A stretch of 63,946 nucleotides of DNA, filler included, from Octopus bimaculoides (taxonomy: Eukaryota): NCBI RefSeq assembly GCF_001194135.2. It is 7 parts of 6 records of this genome, joined end to end, with 100 filler letters (N's around TTAATTAATTAA, not from the genome) between each part and the next. Parts side by side here need not be neighbours in the genome. Positions count along the whole stretch, not along the records: positions 1 to 11,766 come from NC_068985.1; positions 11,867 to 16,308 come from NC_068985.1; 5 more parts are not named here. One strand, 5' to 3'. A program made the translations under genes and the position numbers. The stretch's first letter is position 1, and each line of letters starts with the position of its first letter. This document shows positions 1 to 12,724 of the stretch, in pieces. Under the pieces are notes generated by a model, which saw nothing but the letters and a program-made list of their open reading frames with translations, had not been told where the DNA came from and ran no database searches.

Positions 1-31
<31 letters not shown>

Positions 32-859
32 CATGAATATCAGTGTTTCTCTGCGTGTGTAGGTTTGTATGTATTCTCGTATACACATATATTTATCCAG
101 GCCCAGCGTCAGACACTTAATCTGATCATCCAGATTTATATATTTGGTGCAGACATGACGGATTTAAGTTAAGAGAGAGGAATACTTCGTCAATGCTACA
201 TGTCTGTTCTCTTGACCACATTTTTGTCTATTATTATCTCATTGATCATACACCTGTATCCAAGATATCCTTACCACTATTCTTCTCCATCCACAACAAT
301 TGTTGTATATAATACATCGTTTGAAAAACAGGACCCAAAAGGTTTTGTTCGGTGATTTTTTTCTTCTCAAGAGCTGATAAATCATCAATGCTGTCTCGCA
401 AGATGTCTTAAACTCAGACATCTTTATTACGTACATCAATAACAATAACGCGTCCATGAAACATTATAGAAAAAAATTGTAGCCTCCAGAATATCATCCA
501 CAGAGTACGATCCAGCTGCACAATATATGCTGGGATGTCATGGGAAAAACAGAAACGGAACAAAAACCACACTCTATTTATTCCGATTATTACACTGCGC
601 GGTATGTGCATCGAGGGTTGCTACATATATCGTGTTTCCAGAGTACATAGCATCGTTTTCCTAGTGGATGTTTAACTTTTTGCTCTATAGGGTAGTTGAA
701 CAGCTGAGAATATCATTGAATTTCCTCGGACACACTGTTAGACAAAGATACGGAAGAGATATTAACAACGAATATTCGTATGTTCACACAAGTTGTTTTG
801 TGCTGATGTATATATATATATACATATACAGTCGCCAAGATTGGCCACTAAATCCAAAA

Positions 860-1020
860 GTTTTTTGGTTCTTCTCTCTTTTTAATTTCCTCGTGTTCCT
901 CTCTGTTAAAGAGCATAGGCTCGAAACGTGAAACACTACCTCACCTTACCAAGCGTCATGCTAATACACCTGCCTGTTGTTTATACTCCTGTCTTCGAGG
1001 TTTGTTTGTCTAAATTTCAA
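860..1020 (+). mobile_element. Decayed copy of the hammerhead-bearing repeat family
   Basis: ctctgttaaagagcataggctcgaaacgtg...agcgtcatgctaatacacc..cctgtcttcg, homologous to 11935-12090. Confidence 0.7.
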
Positions 1021-4000
1021 CTATATGTGTGTGTCTGAGTGTCTATGTGTGCGTTTTCTGAATACGTAATTAGCATTTACTAAATTACATTTCCAAAGAA
1101 TTGCAATATGAGAACTTTAGAAACTAAGATTCTTCTCCCTTGCTTCAAAGTTCCTCAATTCACCTGACATAAATCGGTTTCATAAGAGTATATATCTTTT
1201 ATTTCTATAGTTATATCATACAGAAAACACAACTATATACTTAATACGTTTAAAATATATTATATTTCTCTGGGAATTATTCTTGAGCTAATAACCATTT
1301 ACATAAATTGATATTTAATTTTGTTATAAAAACATTTTTTGTTTCACTTTTGATACATTTCTTTTTATTAAAAATGTCATAGAAAGAAATATAGATGTCA
1401 AGTATTAAATATAGAGAAGTATGATTTATTCCATAGTACTTAGAACATTTTAATAAACTATTGCTTTTGAAATATATCGCTATTATTTATCAAATAAATA
1501 TAATTAATGGAGTTCATTAACAACATAACTATTTATTCTGTCTTGATGAACTAATTTGTGATCCGTAGTGCCTCTCATATCTCTGCTTTGAAAGTTAAGC
1601 CATGTTTGTTGTTTCATTGTTTACATTTTTCATTTTAATTTGCATAGACATCATCGACTCATAAAACATACTTCGTTCAAACAAAATAAAAAGAATTTGT
1701 AAATGAAGTAAAACCGCTTTTCAGCAAGGCTGCAATCCAGTGACTCAAACAAGTCAAGTAAACGTGAAAGGATAACACATATTGATAATTATATAAACAC
1801 AATTTAGCAGGGGATAACATTTCTTTTAACAATTCATCTGTAAAATATTCTACTTGTTTCTCTCATAGTACAGTGGCCATACTGCGATGAGAAGCTGTAT
1901 CAAATGCTGACTCTAGTAAATATTTTTGTGAAGCCGGGAAGAGAGTCATTTTACCGAACAGATAGGTTACAGGTGAGTAAAGAAATAAGCACTGGTTGTA
2001 AGAAAATAGGAACAGGTAAGCATTCGAGGTGCTTTCAAAATGTAACCGACTTTATTCCTTCCATCCAAAAATAATGCTGCGTTGTCAAAATCTTGTAGGG
2101 GAGAAATGACATCACCCTTCTTGTACACATGAGAAAATTATCGCATCGGTAGTCTACGCCAGTTACCAGCTGTTACACATAGAGTAGAGAAGTGTTGTGT
2201 GCGCCCGTCGGATTTTCATTTTCACACAATATGACCGAATGCATCGAGCAGAGACCATATATACAGACATACTATCTCTCACATACTTAAACACACACAC
2301 ACACATACACATATATGTATGTATGATTAATTTAAAAGTATTCCAACAATTATAGGTATTAAATAGAATAATCTCCAATGATAGTCGGAACATGTTACTG
2401 CAGGTGAAAATAATAAAGAATTATTTAGATAGACTAAAAGACAGAGGAGCCTTACCGAAGTAGAAAATTCAGACGGAGATTATGAGAACTGATAAATTCA
2501 GGGTGACGTATTTCTAATGCATGTGTTTAAACAACCTATATACTTTTGCATATGGAAGAACGTCAGTTAATATGACATTTTGTTATGCCGATATTATGTA
2601 ATCATACTTTCAAATAGCCTTATTGGATTCGTTTGTATTTCCATTCATACAGATGTGAGAATCTAAATATTTTAAAGAATCAGTGTCATTGGTGTTGTCT
2701 TATATTTCTCATATATATGCAATCATTGTGACCAGTATAGGAAAGCCTATTAAGCTATGCCATAGACATGAGCAGTTACAGTCGTGACAACTGACTACAG
2801 GCGATTGATATGCATACATACACCTGAACACATAGACACACATGTGCGCGCACATACACACACATTCATACACAAATATACATGTATAATACTAAATGGT
2901 TTAGTTTATTATGATAAAATATTATTTTGCATATGTATATATATATATTCCTCTCCACNNNNNNNNNNNNNNNNNNNNNNNNNNNNNNNNNNNNNNNNNN
3001 NNNNNNNNNNNNNNNNNNNNNNNNNNNNNNNNNNNNNNNNNNNNNNNNNNNNNNNNNNNNNNNNNNNNNNNNNNNNNNNNNNNNNNNNNNNNNNNNNNNN
3101 NNNNNNNNNNNNNNNNNNNNNNNNNNNNNNNNNNNNNNNNNNNNNNNNNNNNNNNNNNNNNNNNNNNNNNNNNNNNNNNNNNNNNNNNNNNNNNNNNNNN
3201 NNNNNNNNNNNNNNNNNNNNNNNNNNNNNNNNNNNNNNNNNNNNNNNNNNNNNNNNNNNNNNNNNNNNNNNNNNNNNNNNNNNNNNNNNNNNNNNNNNNN
3301 NNNNNNNNNNNNNNNNNNNNNNNNNNTAGCATATTTTATATACTATAGACAGAAAATACACTATACTTCAAAATCTACTACGCAAAAAGATGTATTTATA
3401 GAATTAAACAAAAGAGAAGGCAACAAAAATATAAAAGGACAATAACACATAAGGAGATTGAGAATTTTAATCATTGGGAATTTACTATTATTATTTATTT
3501 ATATTGAGCGGATCTTAGTTAAATACATTAATGGGAATGATATAAATTCTGACTTTATGAGTAAATGTGTTACACAATTTTACGGACTCTAGATCAGATT
3601 TATGAACTTGTAATATAATCGATTGTGTTTGTATATTTGTAAGAGTTAAATATTTAATCTCTTACAAATTTCAGTTTTTGGTTTGCGGCTTAAAGGCTTC
3701 AGACGAAAACGTTGTTCCTTAACGCTTATAGTTTTAGGGTGTAAAGAAAAAAATAAGAGCAAGGACACACGGAACGACACATATACATACACACATACAC
3801 ACTTACGCACACACACAAATGCACACACCCACACACACATACACATGGTAACAAACACACACATATCATTTCATGTACACTGTATTAATATATTATCTAC
3901 ACGTACATTAAACATTGTTTATCTCTCACGGGATGAAGTGTGTTAGCTGATCTTACTTTAACGAAGCAATAGTCTACATATATTTAGTATTTTTTTTCTA

Positions 4001-7000
4001 TCAAATCCACACACAAGGTTTGATCGACCCGGTACTAACGTAGAAGACACTTGTCCAAAGTATCATGCAATGGGACTGAACCCATCACCAGCTGGTTCGG
4101 ATACAAGCTTTGTACGAAAACGCCACGCCTGCACCTCAATAAATTCATGTCTAATTGCAGTATTGAATTTTAAATAAACTTTCCGGATGTGTAGGGAGCG
4201 ATACAAATTTTAGCTCCCCAATATCAGAAATATGTTAACTAACAAAACGTGATTAGAAACTAATAGAGGCAAGTTAATTCGATTCAGGCTACATTACATT
4301 TATGAAAAGGAAAATGGTTAAATTTAACATTCAACAACTGCTAAATTAATTCGAAATTTCTGTACACATATACACTCGTACATACATACACATATTTTGT
4401 ATGCATGAATGTGTGTGTACTTACATACTTGCATATACGTGTGTATGTTTGTGTGTGCATTTGAGTTCCTGTGTGTTAGTGCGTGTATGTGTGTGCCTTT
4501 GGTGTCTAAGTATGTGTGTGCTTGTGCGCGCGCGCAGGTGTTTAAACTGTTCAAATAACTTTTGTTTTAACTCTATTTTATCCAACGCAACAATTTTGTT
4601 AAACATCAGACATGTTACAACTTCGTCTCATTTATATTCCTTCTCATGTGAAAGACCTGAAGTAATTGATCTGTGAAGCGATATGTAATTCCCTCACACG
4701 TTTGACACCGAAGAAAATACACTGGCATTATCCATTTTTGTCTTTGTACAAAACGTATATTCAATCTACATAATTTTCGCAGGGAACAATTTCAAAGAAA
4801 TATTCCTTTGAAATCATGTTTCTAATTCACGGCAGCGGTAATCTGTCAAACCAAATGTCACACAATACTTATTTCTAACTGTCACTGTTTTCATCATTAA
4901 TGACTTGCTAGCTATTATTCTGGATCTAACACAATAAATCCTAAATCATTCTCCACCCATTATTTAACCATTATCGAACATCTTTAACCTTCGCTATATA
5001 ACCTGTTTCCATAGCAAATAGCAACTTCGCAACAAACAATTGATATGCACTCTTTGCCTGAAGAAGAAAAACTCACGTAGTAGCTAAACATACCAATTAG
5101 GTTTTATATTTTCTGAACATATAATCAAGACCCAAGCAAGCTTATGAATGTGATATTAAGGAAGCTATGAATATGTACATTGGCATCACCTACGTCGACA
5201 AAATTCTTCTTACAATATATTATATAGCGTTTCCTCCTCATTTTCTTAATATTTCGCACATTTCATTGTAGCTTTACATGTTTTACACAAAATTGAAAAT
5301 CACAGTAGTTACACAATTTCACAGGAAAAAACCTTCTAATTTAAAATGGAAAAATATTACATGCAAACTGTACGAAACTGAATGGTGAGTTTTAACAGAT
5401 ATGTATGTTTGCAATCAGTAAACACTGAAAATGTTACTTAACAAAAATACTGCATACAAAATAACGAATACTAAGAATAATGTTTATTTACTCATGACAT
5501 TAGACAGTGCATCGCAATAGAATGATTTGATGTACACATTCGTATATAATATAAAACGATATACTATCGTGAGGGATACTTTTATGAATGCCGTCATGGA
5601 AAGGCGTAAACAGCTCACTAAGTACGTGACGTCGAAGGGCACATAAACTGCAAATTATACTCATTTCCTCTTTTTGGGAGGTGGGTGTGGAAAATGATTC
5701 ATAAAGAGGCCGTATTATGATAGTTTGTAATATTTTGTATGATAAGGAATTACAGCAACCTCAAACATTGTTTCTTGCCTGGGCATAGCTGAGCGTATCG
5801 GACTGGTTCATAGTAGAATGTCTACTAAGAGCATTATAACTGTGAACCGCCATTACACATTTTTTTGTTGCATATGATACAAATATGCAAAATATGGCAG
5901 ACATTTTGATAAGGTCGTCGAATATTTGCTTTCTCTTTTCACTCGATCTTTCTCGTATGGATCTACATATACATGTCTCTATGTGTATGTACGTGTATAT
6001 GTATGTGTCCGAGGATATATAGATAAATACATATATAAACACATGTATACGTATATATATANNNNNNNNNNNNNNNNNNNNNNNNNNNNNNNNNNNNNNN
6101 NNNNNNNNNNNNNNNNNNNNNNNNNNNNNNNNNNNNNNNNNNNNNNNNNNNNNNNNNNNNNNNNNNNNNNNNNNNNNNNNNNNNNNNNNNNNNNNNNNNN
6201 NNNNNNNNNNNNNNNNNNNNNNNNNNNNNNNNNNNNNNNNNNNNNNNNNNNNNNNNNNNNNNNNNNNNNNNNNNNNNNNNNNNNNNNNNNNNNNNNNNNN
6301 NNNNNNNNNNNNNNNNNNNNNNNNNNNNNNNNNNNNNNNNNNNNNNNNNNNNNNNNNNNNNNNNNNNNNNNNNNNNNNNNNNNNNNNNNNNNNNNNNNNN
6401 NNNNNNNNNNNNNNNNNNNNNNNNNNNNNNNNNNNNNNNNNNNNGATATATGTATATATATACATATATATACATACATATATATGCACGTACGTATACA
6501 TACTTATGTATATGTTTGTACAAATTTGTATACTTATATATGAATGAATGTATGTGTGTGCGTATACGTGTGTATCTGAGTGTGCATGAAGTAAATATGT
6601 ATGCGTGCATGTTTGCATTAATGTATCTAACAGAATATCTGTGAAACACGGAATGCTACCAAACATATATATTAAAACAAAGATTACGAAACAGTTCACT
6701 GTTTGCATGTGACAAAAGCCACTTTTGTGTTTTTATAGATATTCATCCCAACGAATTTCTTTTATTTTCCAATACTTTTAATAGAGTTTTCATGACAGGA
6801 ACCCGAATCGTATCATTCTATTTCTGTCTTATAGAAGAAATGTGATTTTATTTTGATATGAAAATAAATGTAATCATATTATGTATCGTCTTTAAATCCT
6901 TAAATTATTTTATATTTTGGTAGTATCAAGACTGTTTTCTTTCAATACACATTTGTGGATATCGATCTATATTAACACAGCGTAAAGAAAAAGAAATTGT

Positions 7001-7730
7001 AAAATATTTTGTGCAAAGTGTTGGTATCATAATGAATCCTAAGCGTATTTTCAGAACGCACGAACAGACTTGAAGTAAATTAGAGTCTCAAGGCACTTAA
7101 GCTTGTACACAGTGGACACATTTGAAAGAATATTAAAAATAAAGATGGGAAATAGGTGGAAAGAAAATGAAATACATTTCTAATCAGTTTGCTAAAAATA
7201 GAACTAAAAGAATTTTAAAATTAAGCAGTATTTTTAACAACTATGCTTAAAAAATTATAAACTTTTCTTATTAATGCTATGTATTGTAAAATATTTGTAA
7301 AGTGAACAAGAAGATTACTAGTTGCTGCGTGTTTGTTATAGAATTTATTGTTTCGTAAAGTAGGCGGCGGATAAAAATACATCTATAAGTTTTAAACGTT
7401 GTTGTTGTGTAACAAAATCTGTAATTGAAAGGAAATCCTAAATTGAAGACATGATAATGTGATTTTGGTAAGAGTCTTTAGTTCGGCATTATACCTGCTT
7501 CTCATAAAGCTATTAAACGAAACGTGTTGATCAGGTAGCTTTGAAAATTACAGAAGTTAGTCTGTAGGCTTTAATGCAGTGTCACTAAAAACAATACGAA
7601 ATAAATTTATTCTTTATAAGTGTGTGCCAGCATTTCATATATATGTATTGGAAAAATGACACACATTCACACACATAATCATTCGTACACTCTCTCTCTC
7701 TCTCTCATTCTCTCACTCTCTTTATATATA

Positions 7731-7867
7731 TATGATTGACCGTTGACTGAACACTATTCAATTTGTTTTCTCGGTATTTTCCTCCTTGTCTCCGTATTCT
7801 TTCTGTTGAAGAGCGTAGCTCGAAACGTCAAAGACTTTCCGTATTCCCGAGCGTCATACTAATACAT
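7731..7867 (+). mobile_element. Hammerhead-bearing repeat (possible non-autonomous Penelope-like element), cut by gap
   Basis: Near-identical to 11892-12027; preceded by (TA)n. Confidence 0.7.
7798..7834 (+). ncRNA. Minimal type-I hammerhead-like ribozyme motif in a Penelope-type repeat
   Basis: TCTTT-CTGTTGA-A-GAGC-GTA-GCTC-GAAAC-GTC-AAAGA. Stem I is TCTTT/AAAGA (5 bp), stem II is GAGC/GCTC, stem III is the palindromic ACGT, and the triplet is GUC. The core differs from CUGANGA at A6 (U). Activity untested. Confidence 0.5.
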
Positions 7868-10412
7868 NNNNNNNNNNNNNNNNNNNNNNNNNNNNNNNNN
7901 NNNNNNNNNNNNNNNNNNNNNNNNNNNNNNNNNNNNNNNNNNNNNNNNNNNNNNNNNNNNNNNNNNNNNNNNNNNNNNNNNNNNNNNNNNNNNNNNNNNN
8001 NNNNNNNNNNNNNNNNNNNNNNNNNNNNNNNNNNNNNNNNNNNNNNNNNNNNNNNNNNNNNNNNNNNNNNNNNNNNNNNNNNNNNNNNNNNNNNNNNNNN
8101 NNNNNNNNNNNNNNNNNNNNNNNNNNNNNNNNNNNNNNNNNNNNNNNNNNNNNATATGCATAGGCATCGAACCTTTAACTTTTAAATGCTCCATGATTAT
8201 CTACGAACCAGATACTCACTTGGACACCCTATATGTAAATGGAAAAAAAAATTCCAACAGTTTATGCATCTCGAAAATAATGTAACGCGCATGTATATTT
8301 ATATATTGTCATTGTTCATGCATTTTGTCGGTATAAACCGTAGAAGCTTTTTCCATTGTGTTTAAAGAAAGGGAGTAAAGCGCCCATCCATTATTTGCCT
8401 TACGTTACATAACTTCTTATTTCAATGTTAAAATGATAATGACTACCATGCTTGTTTGAGTTCATAAAGCGATATAAGTTGTTATTCAAGTTACCGACTC
8501 AGGAATAATGAATATAAAGCGACTCAATTTGACGAAAGATTGGATTTTGTTACATAAAATATGTTGTGTTACGGAAAAGAGAGAAAAGAGATGTGATTAT
8601 GTCAAGCTAGTTAAAAATAATGATGCTATAGTTGAGTGAAAGTTGTTCTGGCAAAGACTAGCCGATATGTACATAGTTATTTCTTTTGAAGAAAATGCAT
8701 GAAAACTTCGTTAACTTCTAATGTAATATAGGGTGGCTTCGTTGGATTTTGGCCATGCGTACAAGATCATTGTGTTGATACTAACAACCATAATCAGTAC
8801 CGTTATTAAAGGGCAGCATTTCATATACGTTCTTAGAACAATTACTCTTACCTACAGCCCTACATTGTCACAGTTCATCGCTGTGTTTCAAGTGAAAGAA
8901 CAGAAACTGTGAATAACTATATTTTTCCCCAGTGGCAAAAGGTCTTAAGTATCACTCTAGAAAACTAGATAAACCTACTTCATGTTTAACAGAACTACTG
9001 GTGAATTGATGGAAAGAAAACAACGTATAATAATAGTTCTTGTCAAGTATGTTACCGAATTGCGAAAACATCGATCTAAACTCTCGAATATTATTTAAAT
9101 TGGCAAGTGAAATAATATTGTTCGTGGTACGCGTATGTGACACAAGTACTGCACAGCCGCGTAGAGGTCACAGACTATATTCAGCATTTAAATAATCATC
9201 AATTTAGCTAATCATTATAGAAGCGTTTGTGATATTATTTAAGGTAATAAGGCGGCTAACTGCAAGAACCGTTAGCACAACGGACGAAATATTAAGCGTC
9301 TTTACACCCGTCTTTACGTTTCAAGCTCAAATTTCATTGAGGCCGAATTTATTTTTATTCTTTCGGATTCGATAAAATAAGAACCAGCTCAGCACCGGGG
9401 GTCAATGGACTCGAATTACGTTCTCCACAGAAATTCACAGCATTGTGCCTGAATCTAAAACAAGTATTAGTAAACCAGCACACAAAACTGTTGCAGGCCA
9501 TGAATAGCTACATGATATAACAATCCAGAACGCTTTTACCTGTATACCTGTTATATATTCAGCATATTTTAACCAAAATCCGCTAGTTATAGGAAAGGAA
9601 ACAAGACTTGATTAAATTCAAACATATCCTAAAATATTATGTTTGTGGCACAGCGAAACGACAACTAACAATTTTGTGGCTGTATTTCAGTTTTATTCAC
9701 TTTAATACTCAGGCAGTATAGCGTAAATTTGTAGATTATGACAAGGTAATTGTTACAGCTATAATCAGGAAAGTGTTTTCGTGAAAACGCGATAGTTTAA
9801 AATAAGCATGCTATCCTTGGATATGAGGTTTGTTACAAAAGATGTGATGGTGTTCTGCCATTTAGTGAAAATGTAGCAAGGGCCATTCACTGTCAGGACG
9901 TTTTGGAATTGTATGGTGCTGGTGTATTTGCTTTCTGACTCTTTGCATTTTCTGCGAATCCTGTTTCTGATATAGGCCCTTTTTCTTTGATAAAGTATGA
10001 ATTATAATGGCCAAAATGGTCTCTGCATAGTGCTTTTCTGTAAATACTGACGGGTGTAGTTTCGTTGATTCTGGGTCCACATTCAAGCTCAGATTGCATC
10101 CGTTATTCACGATAGAGAAAAAAAATAAAGATATATATCAGCGGCTGACTAAAACATTTGCACACAAAGCTATGGAATTGCTAAATGCCTATTTCGCCCC
10201 TATGCGCTTCATCTGTAGCAAGCATCCCCAGCGAAAGAAGCAGAGATAATTACTAAGCAAAGTCAACACCAACAGTGGACTATTATCATCTCATAGGAAT
10301 GATGGTGTTAGGCTCTATAACACTATTCTTCTATAAAATTTGCCGTTGCTTTCCGGAAACCTATACACTAATTCGTAGGCATTTGATGATGTGTGTGCTC
10401 CAAGTATAAGGT

Positions 10413-10413
<1 letters not shown>

Positions 10414-10443
<30 letters not shown>

Positions 10444-10471
10444 TATATACACACACACACACACATATGTG

Positions 10472-10554
<83 letters not shown>

Positions 10555-10578
10555 GTATGTATGTGTGTGTGTGTGTAT
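10414..10578. repeat. Compound (CA)n/(TA)n/(TG)n microsatellite
   Basis: Read directly. Confidence 0.95.
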
Positions 10579-11209
10579 ATTGAATGTAGAGTTCTGTGCA
10601 ACTGATTTAGTTTATGCATATGTGCGTTCAGGCATTCTTTGTATTGCAATATTGGATATTTCCCATTCATTTTTATCTCCCACTGAACATCAATATCCAT
10701 AAATTCTCTCATATTAGATTTTAATCGTATATCTACATCCCTATATCTCTATATCAATGCTTTACAAAACCCTTATACACTTTTCACGAGATTTATCACA
10801 CTAGCAACATGTTGCTGTTAATATATTGTTCAACAATAGCAAATCATATTGAGCAATATTAATCTTATGTTTTGTTTTAATAATATACATTTTTAAATTA
10901 ATAAGTTAAAATATATGGTAGAATATATGTTGTACGCATGAATGAAATTTAATTCCAGATTTATTTCTGGTCATATATTTTTTATTTCATTATATAAAAT
11001 GTATTACATTTTACAGACATAATCACAGCAATATATCTAGCAACATAATTTACAGCGATAATTTTTATATTCATTGCATGTTTATCAAGGTCATATTTGA
11101 ATAGCATAAACCCTAATTTCAATTAAGGTGTTAGACACACATATTAGAAAGTTTTTAGTACCGTGACATCATGACCATTCAGGAATAAATATATCTAAGT
11201 GTGTGTTTG

Positions 11210-11244
<35 letters not shown>

Positions 11245-11382
11245 TTGTGTGTGTGTGTGCGTGTGTGTGTATGTGCGTGCGTTTATATATGCATATAAGC
11301 GCGTATATGTATACAAAAGCATATACGTGCATATGCTTAATAACACGTATATATCAGCATGTATATCTATATCTATCTATGT

Positions 11383-11390
11383 AAATAATG

Positions 11391-11475
<85 letters not shown>

Positions 11476-11490
11476 CACCAACAATAATAA
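11383..11490. repeat. (TAA)n microsatellite
   Basis: Read directly. Confidence 0.97.
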
Positions 11491-11766
11491 CATGTCAGTA
11501 TATATATGGATATATATCTATATACACACATATAGAGATATTAATGTATATACGTCTAGATAAGAAATATGAATGTAGGTAAACATATACACACACAAGT
11601 ATGTATATACTAATGTGATATCTATAGGAACATACATATGCATATGCATAAACGACCATATATACTGAGGTGTAGTCACATATACACAGGCGCAAACACA
11701 AAAATATATGTTTCTATATTTTTATATACCAATATAAAATGACATCGATGAGATAATTTTATTAAA

Positions 11767-11866
11767 NNNNNNNNNNNNNNNNNNNNNNNNNNNNNNNNNN
11801 NNNNNNNNNNTTAATTAATTAANNNNNNNNNNNNNNNNNNNNNNNNNNNNNNNNNNNNNNNNNNNN
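11767..11866. other. Artificial 100-nt gap pad N44-TTAATTAATTAA-N44 (stops in all six frames)
   Basis: Identical construct at 11767-11866, 16309-16408, 26451-26550, 54975-55074, 57323-57422 and 62589-62688. Confidence 0.97.
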
Positions 11867-11891
11867 TGTGTGTGTGTGTGTGTGTACATAT

Positions 11892-12095
11892 TATGATTGA
11901 CCGTTGACTGAACACTATTCAATTTTTTTTCTCCGTGTTTTTCTCCTTGTCTCCGTATTCTTTCTGTTGAAGAGCGTAGCTCGAAACGTCAAAGACTTTC
12001 CGTATTCCCGAGCGTCATACTAATATATACTTTTGTTATTTACACCACCTGTCCTCGTCTGTTGTTATTATTTGTATATTCTCCCTGTGTATATC
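11892..12095 (+). mobile_element. Hammerhead-bearing repeat, longest copy
   Basis: tatgattgaccgttgactgaacac...gagcgtcatactaat...tacaccacctgtcctcgtc; flanked by TG/TA microsatellite. Confidence 0.7.
11959..11995 (+). ncRNA. Second intact copy of the hammerhead-like motif
   Basis: Identical 37-nt motif to 7798-7834. Confidence 0.5.
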
Positions 12096-12445
12096 TATAT
12101 TTACGACAGCTATACGCATCGGACAATAAAACTTCCAATGAAAAAAACTAGTTTTCTCAGAAAAATATGCATAGAAAACTTGCCTAGCCCATTCACTGAC
12201 CTAAATGTAGAAACTTTTATCATTGATCCGTTGCTAACCAGTATTTATTAAAGCGTGACTTATCTTACACATATATTCAGAAAAGGAAAAAAATAAAACG
12301 CCGAAGTAGTCGGGTGCTAAGAAACGACTGTTGTATCATACAAATTCAGTGAAATTCTCATTCAGTGGATTGTCTAATTTATTATCAAGTTATGTCTGCA
12401 CATTTTATCAGTTTATTAGCAGTTATACATTGGTTTAATCCAGGT

Positions 12446-12660
12446 GTAAGTTTAACAAATGTGGATCTTTTACTTATTAAGTATTAACTTATATTTACTA
12501 CTGTCTATTGGATAATCGTTTGAGTTATTCCCACCATCTTGATATTTATAAGGAATACAATTTGACTGCTATTTCTGTGCTGAACAACGACAAAAACAGC
12601 ACTAATTTATCGTCTATTTCCGTTCCTTAACTGCTGTGAAATTTTAAAGTCAACTTTCAG
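12446..12660 (+). other. Candidate 5'-UTR intron of the caspase gene
   Basis: GTAAGT donor at 12446-12451, CTAAT/CTTAAC branch-like motifs near 12602-12632, and caactttcAG acceptor ending at 12660, 64 nt before the ATG. Signal match only; no transcript evidence. Confidence 0.35.
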
Positions 12661-12724
12661 AACAATCCACTGTTTGTTGTTCCCATAATACATTCCCGCA
12701 TCTTTATAAATATTCCGCTCAACA

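Noticed and set aside
9862-10110. Short minus-strand ORFs with ordinary composition (also 239-611, 5761-5960, 50975-51208)
   Set aside because: No recognisable motif and no convincing splice-site pair.
11811-11822. Palindrome TTAATTAATTAA recurring six times at gap centres
   Set aside because: Always N44-12mer-N44; an artificial spacer with stops in six frames, not biology.
12705-12712. TATAAATA upstream of the caspase
   Set aside because: Only 12 nt from the ATG; a TATA-driven start would fall downstream of the start codon.
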